DNA from: Candidatus Moanibacter sp.
GTDB taxonomy: Bacteria; Verrucomicrobiota; Verrucomicrobiia; Opitutales; UBA2987
DNA: 64,000 nucleotides
Assembly: GCA_965215885.1 (NCBI GenBank)
Contig: CBDCEW010000098.1
Coordinates: 84,957 to 148,956 of the forward strand
Reading direction: 5' to 3'
Shown: one piece after another, positions 51,482 through 62,067 of the stretch
How positions within the stretch are numbered: the stretch's first letter is position 1
How the letters are laid out: the number at the start of each line of letters is the position of its first letter
Notes under the pieces: generated by a model
What the model was told of the DNA's origin: nothing
Database searches by the model: none
The model's input: the letters and a program-made list of their open reading frames with translations, nothing else
Position numbers and translations under genes: made by a program

Positions 51482-52096
51482 TCAACTTCCGGAGCCCTTT
51501 ACGAAACGGTGTTCTGTACCGGCAAGAAGGCGTCTCAAATTAGTGCGATGACGCACGACGATAAGTGTGGCGATGACGGCGGTGAATATTATCTCTTCGC
51601 CGTTACTATGGAGGAGCCAGCCCGCGAGCGGTAAACTGATACCAAAACAGATCGATGCTACCGAGACATAACGAAATCCGTAGAAGGCGATCAACCAGAC
51701 AACGAGGGAAAGACCCAACACCAATGGTGTCAGAGCCAAGAGTCCACCCATCGTCGTCGCCACGCCTTTACCACCGCGAAACCTTAGAAAGACAGAGAAA
51801 CTATGACCCAGGATAGACGCAAACAGACCAAGAATGGCAAGCCTGCAAGGATATGCCGAATCGATCAGCGGCATCAGGGGCCACCCTGCGCTGACAAAGC
51901 CCTTGAGCGCATCGAAAATGAAACAGAGATTTCCCGCCTTTCTCCCCAACACTCTTTTCACGTTAGAGGCGCCTGGATTTCTGCTGCCCTGCTCAAGAAT
52001 GTTGACCCCGTAGACCCGCGAAACGAGCACGGCGAAGGGAATGGAACCGATGAGGTATCCAACGAGAACCACCGCAAAGACATGGAGCGCATTCAT
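51482..52096 (-). CDS. plsY: Glycerol-3-phosphate acyltransferase
   Basis: YLIGSIP, GSRNPGASN, DALKG, FRGGKGVAT, HRTN. Confidence 0.94.
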   Translation of the reverse strand: MNALHVFAVVLVGYLIGSIPFAVLVSRVYGVNILEQGSRNPGASNVKRVLGRKAGNLCFIFDALKGFVSAGWPLMPLIDSAYPCRLAILGLFASILGHSFSVFLRFRGGKGVATTMGGLLALTPLVLGLSLVVWLIAFYGFRYVSVASICFGISLPLAGWLLHSNGEEIIFTAVIATLIVVRHRTNLRRLLAGTEHRFVKGSGS

Positions 52097-52191
52097 GATC
52101 TGGCATTCCTTATTATTGAAAAACGGCCGCTTTCCCTATCGATCAACATCGATAAATGCAACCAAGGAGTATTTCATTGCGATCCTCCCGG

Positions 52192-53709
52192 CTACTCCAG
52201 TTCGATCTCCCGGACACTCACTTCGATCTGGCCCATAAGATCCATGAGACTCAGGGACATGTCGATGAAGCTGTTGTCGTCCAACGCTCCTGCATAAAAT
52301 GCGATACGGGTAGGTGAGCATTCGCTCTCCTCGAGCGCGGCATCGAAATCGATCCACTTTCCGTGGATGTAGAACTGAGACCACATGTGAAACCCAAAGA
52401 CGTCTTTCTCATCGAGATATTCGGGAATATACGCTATTCCTGTGACCACCCGTGTCGGTAATCCTTTGATGCGCCCGAGCGTCGACAGCAAAACGGCGTG
52501 CTCCGTGCAATCCCCGGAGGATCTTCGCGCCACCTCACTGGCAGTGGCAAAACCCACTTCCAAAGACTTTCCTGTTATATACTTGCTTGTAAACTTACGT
52601 AGACGATCAGCCAGTTCGAGGGGACCGCTGGATCCATTCTCAACGAGATCGGCCAGTTCTATTAAAGCCGGGTCACGCGTATTGAGGGTAGTATTGTCTG
52701 ACAGATACTCCGAAAGATCCGCCTTCATCTCGGGTCCATGGGAGAGCTTGACTTGCTCATGATCGGCTTTCTCGACTCGCAATATGACTCTCTTCGAGTT
52801 TCGCGAAAGTGTTCTCTGAAATTCTGTCTCCGGCCAGGGCGTGGTCAATTCGATCGGAGCCTTGAAGCTTATCTCATAAGTTACAGCCTGAGCATCATGA
52901 GGTATTGTTCGGTCTGTCTTAAGCAGAGTATAATCGAAAATATCAGCCGGCACAAAGTCGGATAGAGAGGCGAACTGATCGGAAGCGTACATAACAACAT
53001 CAAGCCCACCCATGCTCATCTGTGATTTAACAGTATCACCGTTCTCATCTATCCACGAAATGGTCTTCAACTTACCCAACAAAAACTCCATTTCCGAGAC
53101 CACGCGTACTCCATAAACTTCCTCTCCCCGACGGACAAACTTCCCCTCCTCTCCAACTGTTATGCTTGTTTCGATGGGAGACTCCGCCTGAATATCGGGG
53201 CTGTAGAGGGGAAGCTTGTATTCCGTTCCGGCAGCAAATCCTCTTATCGCCGTTTCTCTAGTGAACCCCCACGCCATCTTTGCGCCCTCCTTCCATGCAT
53301 ACTCGTTGCTCGTCTCGACTCCCGCCTGACTCGATGTTACCCTAACTCTGTCCCCGTCAATCTCTCCTTCAACGATTAGAGGAATCTGCCCCATCAGAGA
53401 GACATGGCGAAAAGACTTCGGCACGCCGGCGAGACTCTCCGTCGTGACCTGTTCGTTACTCAGAGTAATCGCAAATGCGCCTCGACTGAATCGCATTTTG
53501 GTATACGTAAAAGAGTGAATCTCTTCCCCTTTTCGGATTAGGGTATGGCGTGCGTAACCGATTTTGCTTTCTTTCAAATAAACTTCCAGCCACTGCTCCC
53601 AGAATATGCCCTCAGGTGGATTGTGGATATCGTAACTCCACTCCACTGCACGCAAAAGCGATTGGAAGGGAAACGCGCACAATAGAACCAGAAATCCTCT
53701 TAGAAGCAT
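52192..53709 (-). CDS. Secreted transglutaminase-like protein
   Basis: Signal peptide; GDCTEHA, FHMW, W..FD (Cys-His-Asp triad). Confidence 0.85.
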   Translation of the reverse strand: MLLRGFLVLLCAFPFQSLLRAVEWSYDIHNPPEGIFWEQWLEVYLKESKIGYARHTLIRKGEEIHSFTYTKMRFSRGAFAITLSNEQVTTESLAGVPKSFRHVSLMGQIPLIVEGEIDGDRVRVTSSQAGVETSNEYAWKEGAKMAWGFTRETAIRGFAAGTEYKLPLYSPDIQAESPIETSITVGEEGKFVRRGEEVYGVRVVSEMEFLLGKLKTISWIDENGDTVKSQMSMGGLDVVMYASDQFASLSDFVPADIFDYTLLKTDRTIPHDAQAVTYEISFKAPIELTTPWPETEFQRTLSRNSKRVILRVEKADHEQVKLSHGPEMKADLSEYLSDNTTLNTRDPALIELADLVENGSSGPLELADRLRKFTSKYITGKSLEVGFATASEVARRSSGDCTEHAVLLSTLGRIKGLPTRVVTGIAYIPEYLDEKDVFGFHMWSQFYIHGKWIDFDAALEESECSPTRIAFYAGALDDNSFIDMSLSLMDLMGQIEVSVREIELE

Positions 53710-53816
53710 TTTTTACCCTATTGTTTCAAAAATGAAAACTCCCCGTCCCGGCGTGCCGGGACGGGGAACTATCAAGTTTAATTGCATCATAGGCGCTAAG
53801 CTCCGAATGTAAAGAG

Positions 53817-55217
53817 ATGAGCGAGGAATATGATTTCATTGTTATCGGAGGTGGAAGTGCCGGGTATGCAGCGGCCCGTACTGTCCGGGAGGCCAGTGAA
53901 AGAGTAGCTATCGTTGATGGCGCGGGAGAGCTCGGAGGCCTCTGCATATTGCGAGGCTGCATGCCTTCCAAGACTCTCCTCTACATCGCCGAAATCCTGC
54001 ACCACGCCAGACACGGACATACTTTCGGTTTGGAGATCCCTTCCCCAAGAGGCGATATGGCGGCTGTTCACGAACGCAAAAAGCGCATTATAGGAGAGTT
54101 TGCCGCGGACAGGGTTGAACAGCTCGAATCGGACCGCTTTGATCTCTATCGAGTCAGGGCCTATTTCATAAATGAGCGAACAATTGAGCTCGAAGACGGA
54201 ACGGAGCTTTCTGCCCGTGGTTTCCTGGTCTCAACGGGCTCAAAGATCAATTATCCACCGGTCCCGGGTCTCGACTTGGTCAGCCCGATGTCAAGTGACG
54301 ATATTCTCGATCTGGATAGACTTCCGGATTCTGTAATAGTGCTGGGAGGTGGCGTAGTGGCGTGCGAACTTTCGCAATACCTGTGCCGGATGGGTAGCCG
54401 CATTACGCAAATTCAGAGGAGCCCGCTAATACTGAAAGAAGCCTCCTCCGAGGCGGCCAATGTTTTGATGCAAGCTTTTCGGGACGATGAAATCGAACTC
54501 TTTACCGGAACGAGGGTTACCGGGATTGAGAGAAACGGCAGTGGGGTTAAAGTATCATTTGAACATGAGGGATGCGAAATGTCACGAGAGGCCGGACTAC
54601 TATTCAATGCCTTGGGTAGAATCCCGGATACGGCGGATCTCGGGCTTGATCAGGCAGGCGTAGAGCTTCTCCCCAGTGGACACATTGTTTGCAACAGCTT
54701 CCAGCAGTCCACCAACCCGCGAATCTACGCTGCTGGCGATTGCACCGGGCCTCACGAGATTGTCCATGTAGCCATTCTCCAGGGAGAGGTCGCCGGTATG
54801 CACTTTACTGGGAAAAATCCAGATCCGGTGAATTACGACCATCTGACTAAGGTTGTCTTTACCGATCCGCAAGTCGCCTCTGTTGGAATGCCGGTTGCGC
54901 AGCTGGAAGCTGATGGCAAATCATTCATCAGTGCCGAGTACCCTTTCAACGACCACGGAAAATCTATCCTCATGGAGGCGAATTACGGTTACGTAAAGAT
55001 ATGGGCTGCTCCGGAAGAGGGCAGAATTCTGGGCGCGGAATGCGTGGGCAAAGATGCCGGCGAACTCATCCACTCGCTCGCCGTCGCCGTATCTTTGAAC
55101 GCGACCGTCTTTGATCTTCTCAAAACTCATTGGTACCACCCTACTCTTTCCGAAATCTGGACCTATCCGCTCGAGGAGATTGAAGAGCAGAGGAAACGAG
55201 AAAACAAACGGGTGTGA
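53817..55217 (+). CDS. Class I pyridine nucleotide-disulfide oxidoreductase (dihydrolipoamide dehydrogenase-like)
   Basis: GGGSAG, GGLCILRGCMPSK, AAGD, HPTLSE. Confidence 0.88.
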   Translation: MSEEYDFIVIGGGSAGYAAARTVREASERVAIVDGAGELGGLCILRGCMPSKTLLYIAEILHHARHGHTFGLEIPSPRGDMAAVHERKKRIIGEFAADRVEQLESDRFDLYRVRAYFINERTIELEDGTELSARGFLVSTGSKINYPPVPGLDLVSPMSSDDILDLDRLPDSVIVLGGGVVACELSQYLCRMGSRITQIQRSPLILKEASSEAANVLMQAFRDDEIELFTGTRVTGIERNGSGVKVSFEHEGCEMSREAGLLFNALGRIPDTADLGLDQAGVELLPSGHIVCNSFQQSTNPRIYAAGDCTGPHEIVHVAILQGEVAGMHFTGKNPDPVNYDHLTKVVFTDPQVASVGMPVAQLEADGKSFISAEYPFNDHGKSILMEANYGYVKIWAAPEEGRILGAECVGKDAGELIHSLAVAVSLNATVFDLLKTHWYHPTLSEIWTYPLEEIEEQRKRENKRV

Positions 55218-55328
55218 ACTATCCCGAAAATCCCACGGATTTTCGGGACAAGGAATCGGCCGGTGGTCGAAACCGCCGCAACGTCGAAACACACCCGGAC
55301 AGAGGATCAACTCTACGAAAACCGAACG

Positions 55329-56057
55329 CTAACTTAGGCCGATTCCTAAGGCTTCCTGAAGATCCACTTTCCCTTCATAAAGGGCCTTTCCAATTATCAC
55401 ACCATCCAGATTCTCATAGGTCTGTGAGAGTTTCTTGAACTTCCAAACGTCGTCGATTCGGGCCACCCCACCGGATGCGATGATCCTGCAGGACACGGCC
55501 TTCAGCATTGTTTCTTGAGCATCGAAGTTTGGCCCCTCCAGCGTTCCATCGCGGCTGATGTCTGTATAGATGATAGTTTCCACTCCAAGGGAATCGACCG
55601 TCGCGGCAAGTTCCCCGGATGTGACTTCGCTTGTCTCCACCCACCCCTTCACCGCCACTTTTCCATCTTTGGCGTCGATTCCTACTACGATACGCTCGCC
55701 ATATTCCTCCAAAAGTTCCCCCATGACTTCCGGTTCCTTAGCGGCTCGAGTACCCAAGACGACTCGGGAGACTCCTACTTCAATCGCTCGTTCAATCTCC
55801 GCTCTACTCCGGATTCCGCCACCCAGTTCAATTTTCATTCCCGTCTTGGCAATTGTCGCGACCGCCTGCCAGTTCCGTGGACGGCCCGTGAAAGCGCCAT
55901 CGAGATCAACCACATGAACCCATTCTGAGCCCGCATCTCTCCACAAGCGGGCCGGTTCTGCCGGGTCTTCGAAGTATACCGTCTCCCGGTCGGCGCGACC
56001 TTGTGAGAGGCGCACCACGCGTCCTCTGTAAATATCTATGGATGGATAGATTCGCAT
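55329..56057 (-). CDS. hisA: ProFAR isomerase
   Basis: PSID, HVVDLDGA, GGGIRS, YTDISRDG, ASGGV, GKALY. Confidence 0.95.
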   Translation of the reverse strand: MRIYPSIDIYRGRVVRLSQGRADRETVYFEDPAEPARLWRDAGSEWVHVVDLDGAFTGRPRNWQAVATIAKTGMKIELGGGIRSRAEIERAIEVGVSRVVLGTRAAKEPEVMGELLEEYGERIVVGIDAKDGKVAVKGWVETSEVTSGELAATVDSLGVETIIYTDISRDGTLEGPNFDAQETMLKAVSCRIIASGGVARIDDVWKFKKLSQTYENLDGVIIGKALYEGKVDLQEALGIGLS

Positions 56058-56291
56058 TTCTTTAGCCTGCCTTCAAGGCACCCTATATTCGCAACCATAC
56101 TGGAAGACTGATAAGAAAAAAGAGGGGTCACAGAGCACCGCAGAGAACCACAGAGGCACACAAAGTTGACTTGGGTGGGCGATGTCAAAGTGAAAATTAC
56201 AGTCGCGCTTTGCTTCAGGAAGGTGATTCAAACCCTGTTTACATCGACGTAGCTCAGGGCGAACCGCAAAGCAGGAGTTTGAATATAGTAT

Positions 56292-56468
56292 AGAACGAGG
56301 GAGGAGTCGACTTCGCCTCTCTACCGTACGGTAGAATGTGAAGCGTAACGAAGAACATTCCCGAAAGCGCCTACTCTTGGCGTAGAGTATATTCGCGCTT
56401 TTGGGAATGTTCTTCGTTGCGTTTCACGCGCGCTGCGCGCGAGGCGAAGTGGACTCCTCCCTCGTTCT
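56292..56468 (+). other. 177-nt branched inverted-repeat element (candidate structured RNA or miniature element)
   Basis: Two long paired stems, two side hairpins and an apical hairpin; three of four stem mismatches are G-U compatible on + strand. Confidence 0.55.
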
Positions 56469-57179
56469 TTCTTCCAACTAGCATTTTCTGTACTACAAAC
56501 TCGAAAAGGCTTGTTTCCTTAAGAAGAGATTTCTTTGCCACATTTAGAAGCTGTTGATTCTCAAGGAATATCGTTCTGCCCCTCAGAATAGGTTGTCTAA
56601 CGGCGATTTTTTCAATTATCGCTTCCTTGCCTCCACTTTCTCCCTCTCCCATCCGTGTAAATCCGCGTCATCCGCGGTTACCTGGAATACGTGGGATCTT
56701 CCTCAAAAATTCGCGTTCATTCGCGTGCATCTGCGGTTCTCTTCTTCTTTTTTTGGTTTCTCGTTCGAGAGCCTCAGGGTCCTGAGCCTGTCGTAGGGCG
56801 GCTTCGCTGCGCTAGTTCATCCGCGGTCAATTCACGCTCCGCCGAAGGGGTTTCCTTCTGTTCAAATCTATTATATCCAGGAATCATCTAATTATTGCTG
56901 ACCTGCCTGTAAATTCCATCTAAGCAATTCGCATGTTAGTTCAACTCTGCTCGAAAAGCGAAAAACCGTAATCTCCAGCGCCGTTAGTCTGTTTAACTAC
57001 ATCCAGAAAGGAAAGAAAGATGCCAAGAAAACGATTTTCCCCGCCCGAGTTTCTCGTGGATCTCCTCAATGCGCGCTCTCCCTCAGGATACGAGAGCGAA
57101 GCGCAGGCTGTAGTCGATCGCCATGTCGAACCTGTCGCCCACCGCTACGAAAGAGATTCCATAGGCAATCGTATAGCTA

Positions 57180-59096
57180 GACCCCATTCGAAAAGCCTTT
57201 CGAGCGGGCGGTTTAAGGTTCTCCGCCACGGGCGGACCAGCCTATGGCTGGCAGGTTTCGGGTTTTAGGCTGCCGGCGCTGCCGATGAGCAGGTATTGAG
57301 CGGCCATCGGCGTGGCTTGCTGCACAATACGTATATTTGCCGCTGTCTGGAGGCATACTCATCCCGTGGTGCTTTTTTCTCTGAGCTTCAAAGCGGTCAG
57401 ATTCAGGCTGCCTGTTCCAGTTCCTCCCCTCGGCGTTTCTTCATCAGTATGATGCGGCAGAAGTTGTAGGCCAGAACCTTCTCGAGCAGTTCATCGCCTA
57501 CCGCATCGATGCCGCGGCGGCCGAGTTCGCCAAAGGCAAATCCATCTTTAATCGTGAACATCAGCGACTCCACTGCGGAGCGATCGCGGCGTGCCTCGCG
57601 ATACGCCTCGCTCTCCCAGTCCTCGGGGGTGGTCAACTTCTTGCCCTTCGCCCCACTGATACTGATCTGCTTTACCCCCATGCTCAGCACCTCCTTGCGT
57701 CCCTTCGCCGAAGCATATCCGTCATCGGTGCTGACCAGTTCAGCAATGACACCGGTGCGCTTGATCGAATCGCCGATGGCCGGCGCCAGCTCAATGGAGT
57801 CTGCCGCGTTGCCTTGCGGTACGATCAGGCTGGTGACAAAACCGTTTTCGCTGCGAACCAGTTGTGGCTTGTACCCGATCACTGGATTGCGGCTGCCCTT
57901 CTTGATGTAGGCCGCCGATCCGTCCGAGAGGCTCAGGACCTTCTGTGTGGACGGTAGCTTCTTTTCGTGAAACACCCGATCATGAGCATACTCAACAACC
58001 CGCTTGGCGTCGGCAATATCGCCCCTGATCTGGCTCAATGCCCGCTCCAGAAGCTCCCGGCGAGTGGGAGGCAGTGAATCCATCGACAGGCCCTCTTCAA
58101 GATGGCTCAGTTCCCCCGTTAGTGAGTCGGCCGCCTTGCGGCCCCGCTTGAGCAACCGCCGGTAGTGTTTCTTCAGCTTGCCCTTCGACTTCGGTTTGCC
58201 CGCGGCCAGACAAATCTGAAACTCCAGCTTGTCCATTTCCTCCAGCCAACGCCCAACCCATCCCTTGCGAAAATCCTCCAGCCCGAAGACATGCAACTTC
58301 TGACCCAAACGATTGGCCCGCATCAAAAGACCGCTCAGAATCTTCCCATCGGTGGGCCAGCAGCTGTTTGCTTTCACCGAGGTGCTGTCGATCGTCAGCT
58401 TCCCGAAATCGTCCCATTGCTCCTGGAGGATAAACCCAATCTGTTTATCAAAGATCAACTCGCGGGTCGTATGGCTGACCAGGTTCACGTTCTCCAGAAT
58501 CGTCGTCACCGCCGGCATTCTCAGTCCCCCGCTCTGCAAAAATCCGTACAAGCTCATCGACTCGCGCACAAACCGCCGTGCCGGTTTCGTGGTCAACGAA
58601 CCCAGAAACCCTCGAATCATCACGAACACGTATACCGCATAAGCCGGCATCCGCGGCCGGCCTGCCCCAAGATTCAATTCAGCAGCCAGAATATTCTCCT
58701 CCTCGATGTCCAGCTCCGGCAGCTCCGCTGTGCGCCCTTCAAAGAACCTGCGATCTTCCAATCGAAGTTTCTTCTTCTCACGCGCATGGGCGTCCAGATC
58801 CTTCTCGATCGCCTCGATGATTTGCGCCGCGAACCCGGCCAATTCTTCAACTTCATCCAGAAAATCACGGAAATCCGTGTCTGGAACCGGCAGAATGAGG
58901 TTGCTAAGGGGCGTCTTATCGCTTTTGTTCTCCTCTGTCGCACATGTTGGCATGTTTAACTCCTTTCTTAATCTTAGGTTGTTAAACACTAGCATGTTGC
59001 GACACTTTTTATCAAGCCAAAAAATGATTTTTCTCAAGTTTTTCTTGCGCCTTTTGCGCCTCTTTGCGGCCAATCAGTAGCTTTTCGGATAAGGTC
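57180..59096 (-). mobile_element. Complete IS (IS5-like/ISNCY DDE), 1917 bp
   Basis: TIR GACCCCATTCGAAAAGC / GACCTTATCCGAAAAGC; TAGCTA repeated at 57174-57179 and 59097-59102. Confidence 0.9.
57403..58953 (-). CDS. DDE transposase (IS5-like/ISNCY)
   Basis: IDST..ANSCWPTD, TDDGYAS, RRDRSAVE; AAGGAG before ATG 58953. Confidence 0.85.
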   Translation of the reverse strand: MPTCATEENKSDKTPLSNLILPVPDTDFRDFLDEVEELAGFAAQIIEAIEKDLDAHAREKKKLRLEDRRFFEGRTAELPELDIEEENILAAELNLGAGRPRMPAYAVYVFVMIRGFLGSLTTKPARRFVRESMSLYGFLQSGGLRMPAVTTILENVNLVSHTTRELIFDKQIGFILQEQWDDFGKLTIDSTSVKANSCWPTDGKILSGLLMRANRLGQKLHVFGLEDFRKGWVGRWLEEMDKLEFQICLAAGKPKSKGKLKKHYRRLLKRGRKAADSLTGELSHLEEGLSMDSLPPTRRELLERALSQIRGDIADAKRVVEYAHDRVFHEKKLPSTQKVLSLSDGSAAYIKKGSRNPVIGYKPQLVRSENGFVTSLIVPQGNAADSIELAPAIGDSIKRTGVIAELVSTDDGYASAKGRKEVLSMGVKQISISGAKGKKLTTPEDWESEAYREARRDRSAVESLMFTIKDGFAFGELGRRGIDAVGDELLEKVLAYNFCRIILMKKRRGEELEQAA

Positions 59097-60010
59097 TAGC
59101 TACAATCAACCCCGATGGCCAGCCCACTTTGATGCTTGCCGGACACATGGACGAATTGGGCCTGCTTATCAAGTACGTGGACGATAACGGTTTTCTCTAT
59201 TTCGACACTATCGTCGGCCATGATCGCACAATGATATCCGGACGACGCGTTTCGATCCTCACAAAGAAAGGTCTGGTCAAAGGGGTTACCGGAAAACGCG
59301 CGCTCCACCTCATGACTTCCGAAGAAAGGAAAAAAGTCCCCGAAATCCATGATATGTGGATTGATATCGGCGCCGGGAGCAAAAGGGAGGCCCTTCGCCT
59401 CGTGCAGATCGGTGATGCCGCCACCTACGACCACGACTTCGAGTTAATTCGCGGCAGCGTAGGAGCAGCTCGGGCCTTTGATAACAAGGCCGGCGCCTAC
59501 ATCGCAAGCGAGACGTTGCGAAGACTGGCCCGCTTGAAATCATTCAAAGCTAAAGTCGTATCCGTCGCGACCGTCCAGGAGGAAATAGGTGTTCGGGGAG
59601 CCATTCCCGCCACCTTCGCAGTCGATCCCCAATTCGCCATTGCCGTCGATGCCGGACACGCTACCGATCATCCCAATTGCGATAACCGCAAATACGGTCG
59701 CTTTGACTTGGGCGGGGGGCCAATCATCACGAGAGGCGCCAACATCAATCCTGAGGTATTCAGGAAACTCACCAATTGCGCCGAAAAAGGAAATATTCCC
59801 TACCAGGTAGAAGCCGATCCACACCCTACCGGAACAGACGGCCGGGCAATCCAAGTCGGTAGAAAGGGGGTCGCCACGGGGGTTATCTCCGTGCCTCTTC
59901 GTTATATGCATACCCCCAGCGAAGTGGTCGATCTTAAGGATATCGAAAACTGCATCAGGCTCCTAATCGCATTCGCCAGGTCTCTCAAAAAAGGCGATTC
60001 AGGGGTGTGG

Positions 60011-60111
60011 TAGGAATCTGTCAGTGGTGACATATGCCCCGCAATCCACTATCGCACCTCTACGGCGAGAAATCTACGCGAATTCCGAATGTTGATACTG
60101 ACAGATTCCTA
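60011..60111. mobile_element. 101-bp miniature element with 15-bp perfect TIR
   Basis: TAGGAATCTGTCAGT ... ACTGACAGATTCCTA; ends coincide with the stop codons of both flanking convergent genes. Confidence 0.75.
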
Positions 60112-61398
60112 GGCTGCCGTCTTTCGTTTCCTCTTCGAAATTCTACGGTATTTAGGCTTTCGCTTACCTTCCACGACGGCCTTGCTGATCGTTACCTCCT
60201 CGATATCCGTCATATCCGGTAATTCATACATGATATCGAGCATAAGCCTTTCCATAATGGACCTCAGAGCGCGTGCACCTGTTTTGAGTTCCATTGCCTT
60301 CTCCGCTACTGCTCGAACAGCATCGCGTCCGATATTTAATTTCACCCCTTCCATCGCAAACAGCTTTCCGTACTGTTTCACGAGAGCGTTCCGCGTATCG
60401 AGCAGGATCTTCTCCAAGTCCGAAGTTGACAATTCCTCAAGATTGGAGACAACCGGCAGCCGCCCTATAAACTCTGGAATCATACCGTACTTCACCAGAT
60501 CCTCGGGCGCGAGTTTCTCCATGTTCTCATGTACTTCTGACTCCTCTTCATTCACATTTGAGCTGTAACCGAGAATCTTTACCCCGACACGTTGCCTGAC
60601 CAGCTTTTCAAGGCCTACGAACGCACCTCCGCAAATAAAGAGAATACTATTCGTGTTTACCTGAATATACTCCTGATTCGGATGCTTGCGGCCGCCTTGC
60701 GGAGGAACGTTACAAACCGTGCCCTCCAAAATCTTAAGGAGGGCCTGTTGCACCCCCTCACCAGATACATCGCGGGTGATTGAAACATTGTCCGTCTTGC
60801 GGCCAATTTTATCAATTTCGTCGACATATATGATTCCGCATTCGGCTTTCTTTACATCGTAGTTCGCCGCCTGTAAGAGTCGCAGCACGATATTTTCGAC
60901 ATCTTCACCGACATAGCCTGCCTCGGTCAGGGTGGTCGCATCAGCGATCGCGAATGGCACTTCCAGAAGATTTGCCAGTGTTCGGGCAAGAAGCGTCTTG
61001 CCGGTTCCGGTCGGGCCAATGAGAAGGATGTTGCTTTTTTCAATTTCCACATCCTCGAAATTAGTCGTACCCAATTCTACCTTCGTCCTCTCTGTTGTTG
61101 ATTCGGCCAGCAACCGTTTGTAGTGGTTATAAACTGCTACGGAGAGTACCTTCTTTGCATGTTCCTGACCGACAATAAATCCATCCAGAGAGCTTTTGAT
61201 GGCACCGGGCTTTACAAGCTTAAATATCGACGTCTTATCGTGTTTCGCGGTACGGAGTTCACGGTCGATAATTGTCTTACATACCGTGACACAGGAATCG
61301 CAGATATAAACCCCCGCAGGCCCCGCAATCATCTTGCGGACCTCATTCTGCGCTTTTCCGCAGAATGAGCAGAAGGTCATTTTGGTAGATTTTGCCAT
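60109..61398 (-). CDS. clpX: ATP-dependent Clp protease ATPase subunit
   Basis: CSFCGK zinc finger, [34 protein letters not shown]. Confidence 0.98.
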   Translation of the reverse strand: MAKSTKMTFCSFCGKAQNEVRKMIAGPAGVYICDSCVTVCKTIIDRELRTAKHDKTSIFKLVKPGAIKSSLDGFIVGQEHAKKVLSVAVYNHYKRLLAESTTERTKVELGTTNFEDVEIEKSNILLIGPTGTGKTLLARTLANLLEVPFAIADATTLTEAGYVGEDVENIVLRLLQAANYDVKKAECGIIYVDEIDKIGRKTDNVSITRDVSGEGVQQALLKILEGTVCNVPPQGGRKHPNQEYIQVNTNSILFICGGAFVGLEKLVRQRVGVKILGYSSNVNEEESEVHENMEKLAPEDLVKYGMIPEFIGRLPVVSNLEELSTSDLEKILLDTRNALVKQYGKLFAMEGVKLNIGRDAVRAVAEKAMELKTGARALRSIMERLMLDIMYELPDMTDIEEVTISKAVVEGKRKPKYRRISKRKRKTAA

Positions 61399-61420
61399 TC
61401 CGGCACTCCCCTTTCAGTTC

Positions 61421-62041
61421 TCAGGCGCTCTTTTCCTCGCTCTCCTCATCTTTGCCGAATTCAATGACGTGGTCAACGATACCGTACTCCTTGGCTTCTT
61501 CAGCCGTCATGTAGTAATCCCGATCTGAATCTTTTTCGATCTGCTCGATCGCCTTGCCAGTGTGCTGGGAGAGGATTTCATTAATCGTTTTCTTCCACCT
61601 GAGGATCTCCTTGGCGGCAATCGAAATGTCAGAAGTTTGTCCGGTGGCAGTACTTGATGGCTGGTGAATCATTACGCGGCTGTGCGGAAGCGCGTATCGT
61701 TTTTCGGGAGTTCCGGCGGCAAGAAGCACCGTCCCCAGACTTGCAGCCTGGCCGATGCAATAGGTTACCACGTCACATCGCAGGAAATTCATGGTATCAT
61801 AAACAGCCATCCCGTCAGTTACGCTTCCTCCGGGCGAATTGATATACAGGTGGATATCCTTTTTCGGATCTTCCATCTGCAGGAAAAGCATCTGCGCGAT
61901 CACTCCGTTCGCGACATAGTCGTCAATCGGGGTCCCGACAAAAATGATCCTCTCCTTAAGCAATCGACTGTAAATATCCCAATGGCGTTCCGTGCGACCA
62001 TCATTCTCAACAACGCTCGGTAATGGCAGATAATAGCTCAT
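61421..62041 (-). CDS. clpP: ATP-dependent Clp protease proteolytic subunit
   Basis: [30 protein letters not shown]. Confidence 0.97.
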   Translation of the reverse strand: MSYYLPLPSVVENDGRTERHWDIYSRLLKERIIFVGTPIDDYVANGVIAQMLFLQMEDPKKDIHLYINSPGGSVTDGMAVYDTMNFLRCDVVTYCIGQAASLGTVLLAAGTPEKRYALPHSRVMIHQPSSTATGQTSDISIAAKEILRWKKTINEILSQHTGKAIEQIEKDSDRDYYMTAEEAKEYGIVDHVIEFGKDEESEEKSA

Positions 62042-62067
62042 TCAAACTCCTCCTCTCGAAAATTTTG

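Larger units (their letters stand above)
57020..60013 (+). pseudogene. M42 family aminopeptidase interrupted by an IS
   Basis: SPSGYE...GNRIA (57020-57179) rejoins TINPDGQPTLMLAGHMDE, FDNK, QEE, RYMHTP in frame when the IS is removed. Confidence 0.92.

Noticed and set aside
53817..55217. Mercuric reductase MerA
   Set aside because: No C-terminal Cys-Cys pair, no N-terminal metal-binding domain, no mer genes nearby
55222..55248. TCCCGAAAATCC-CAC-GGATTTTCGGGA hairpin as a novel element
   Set aside because: Single copy between convergent genes; most simply a terminator-like or REP-like hairpin
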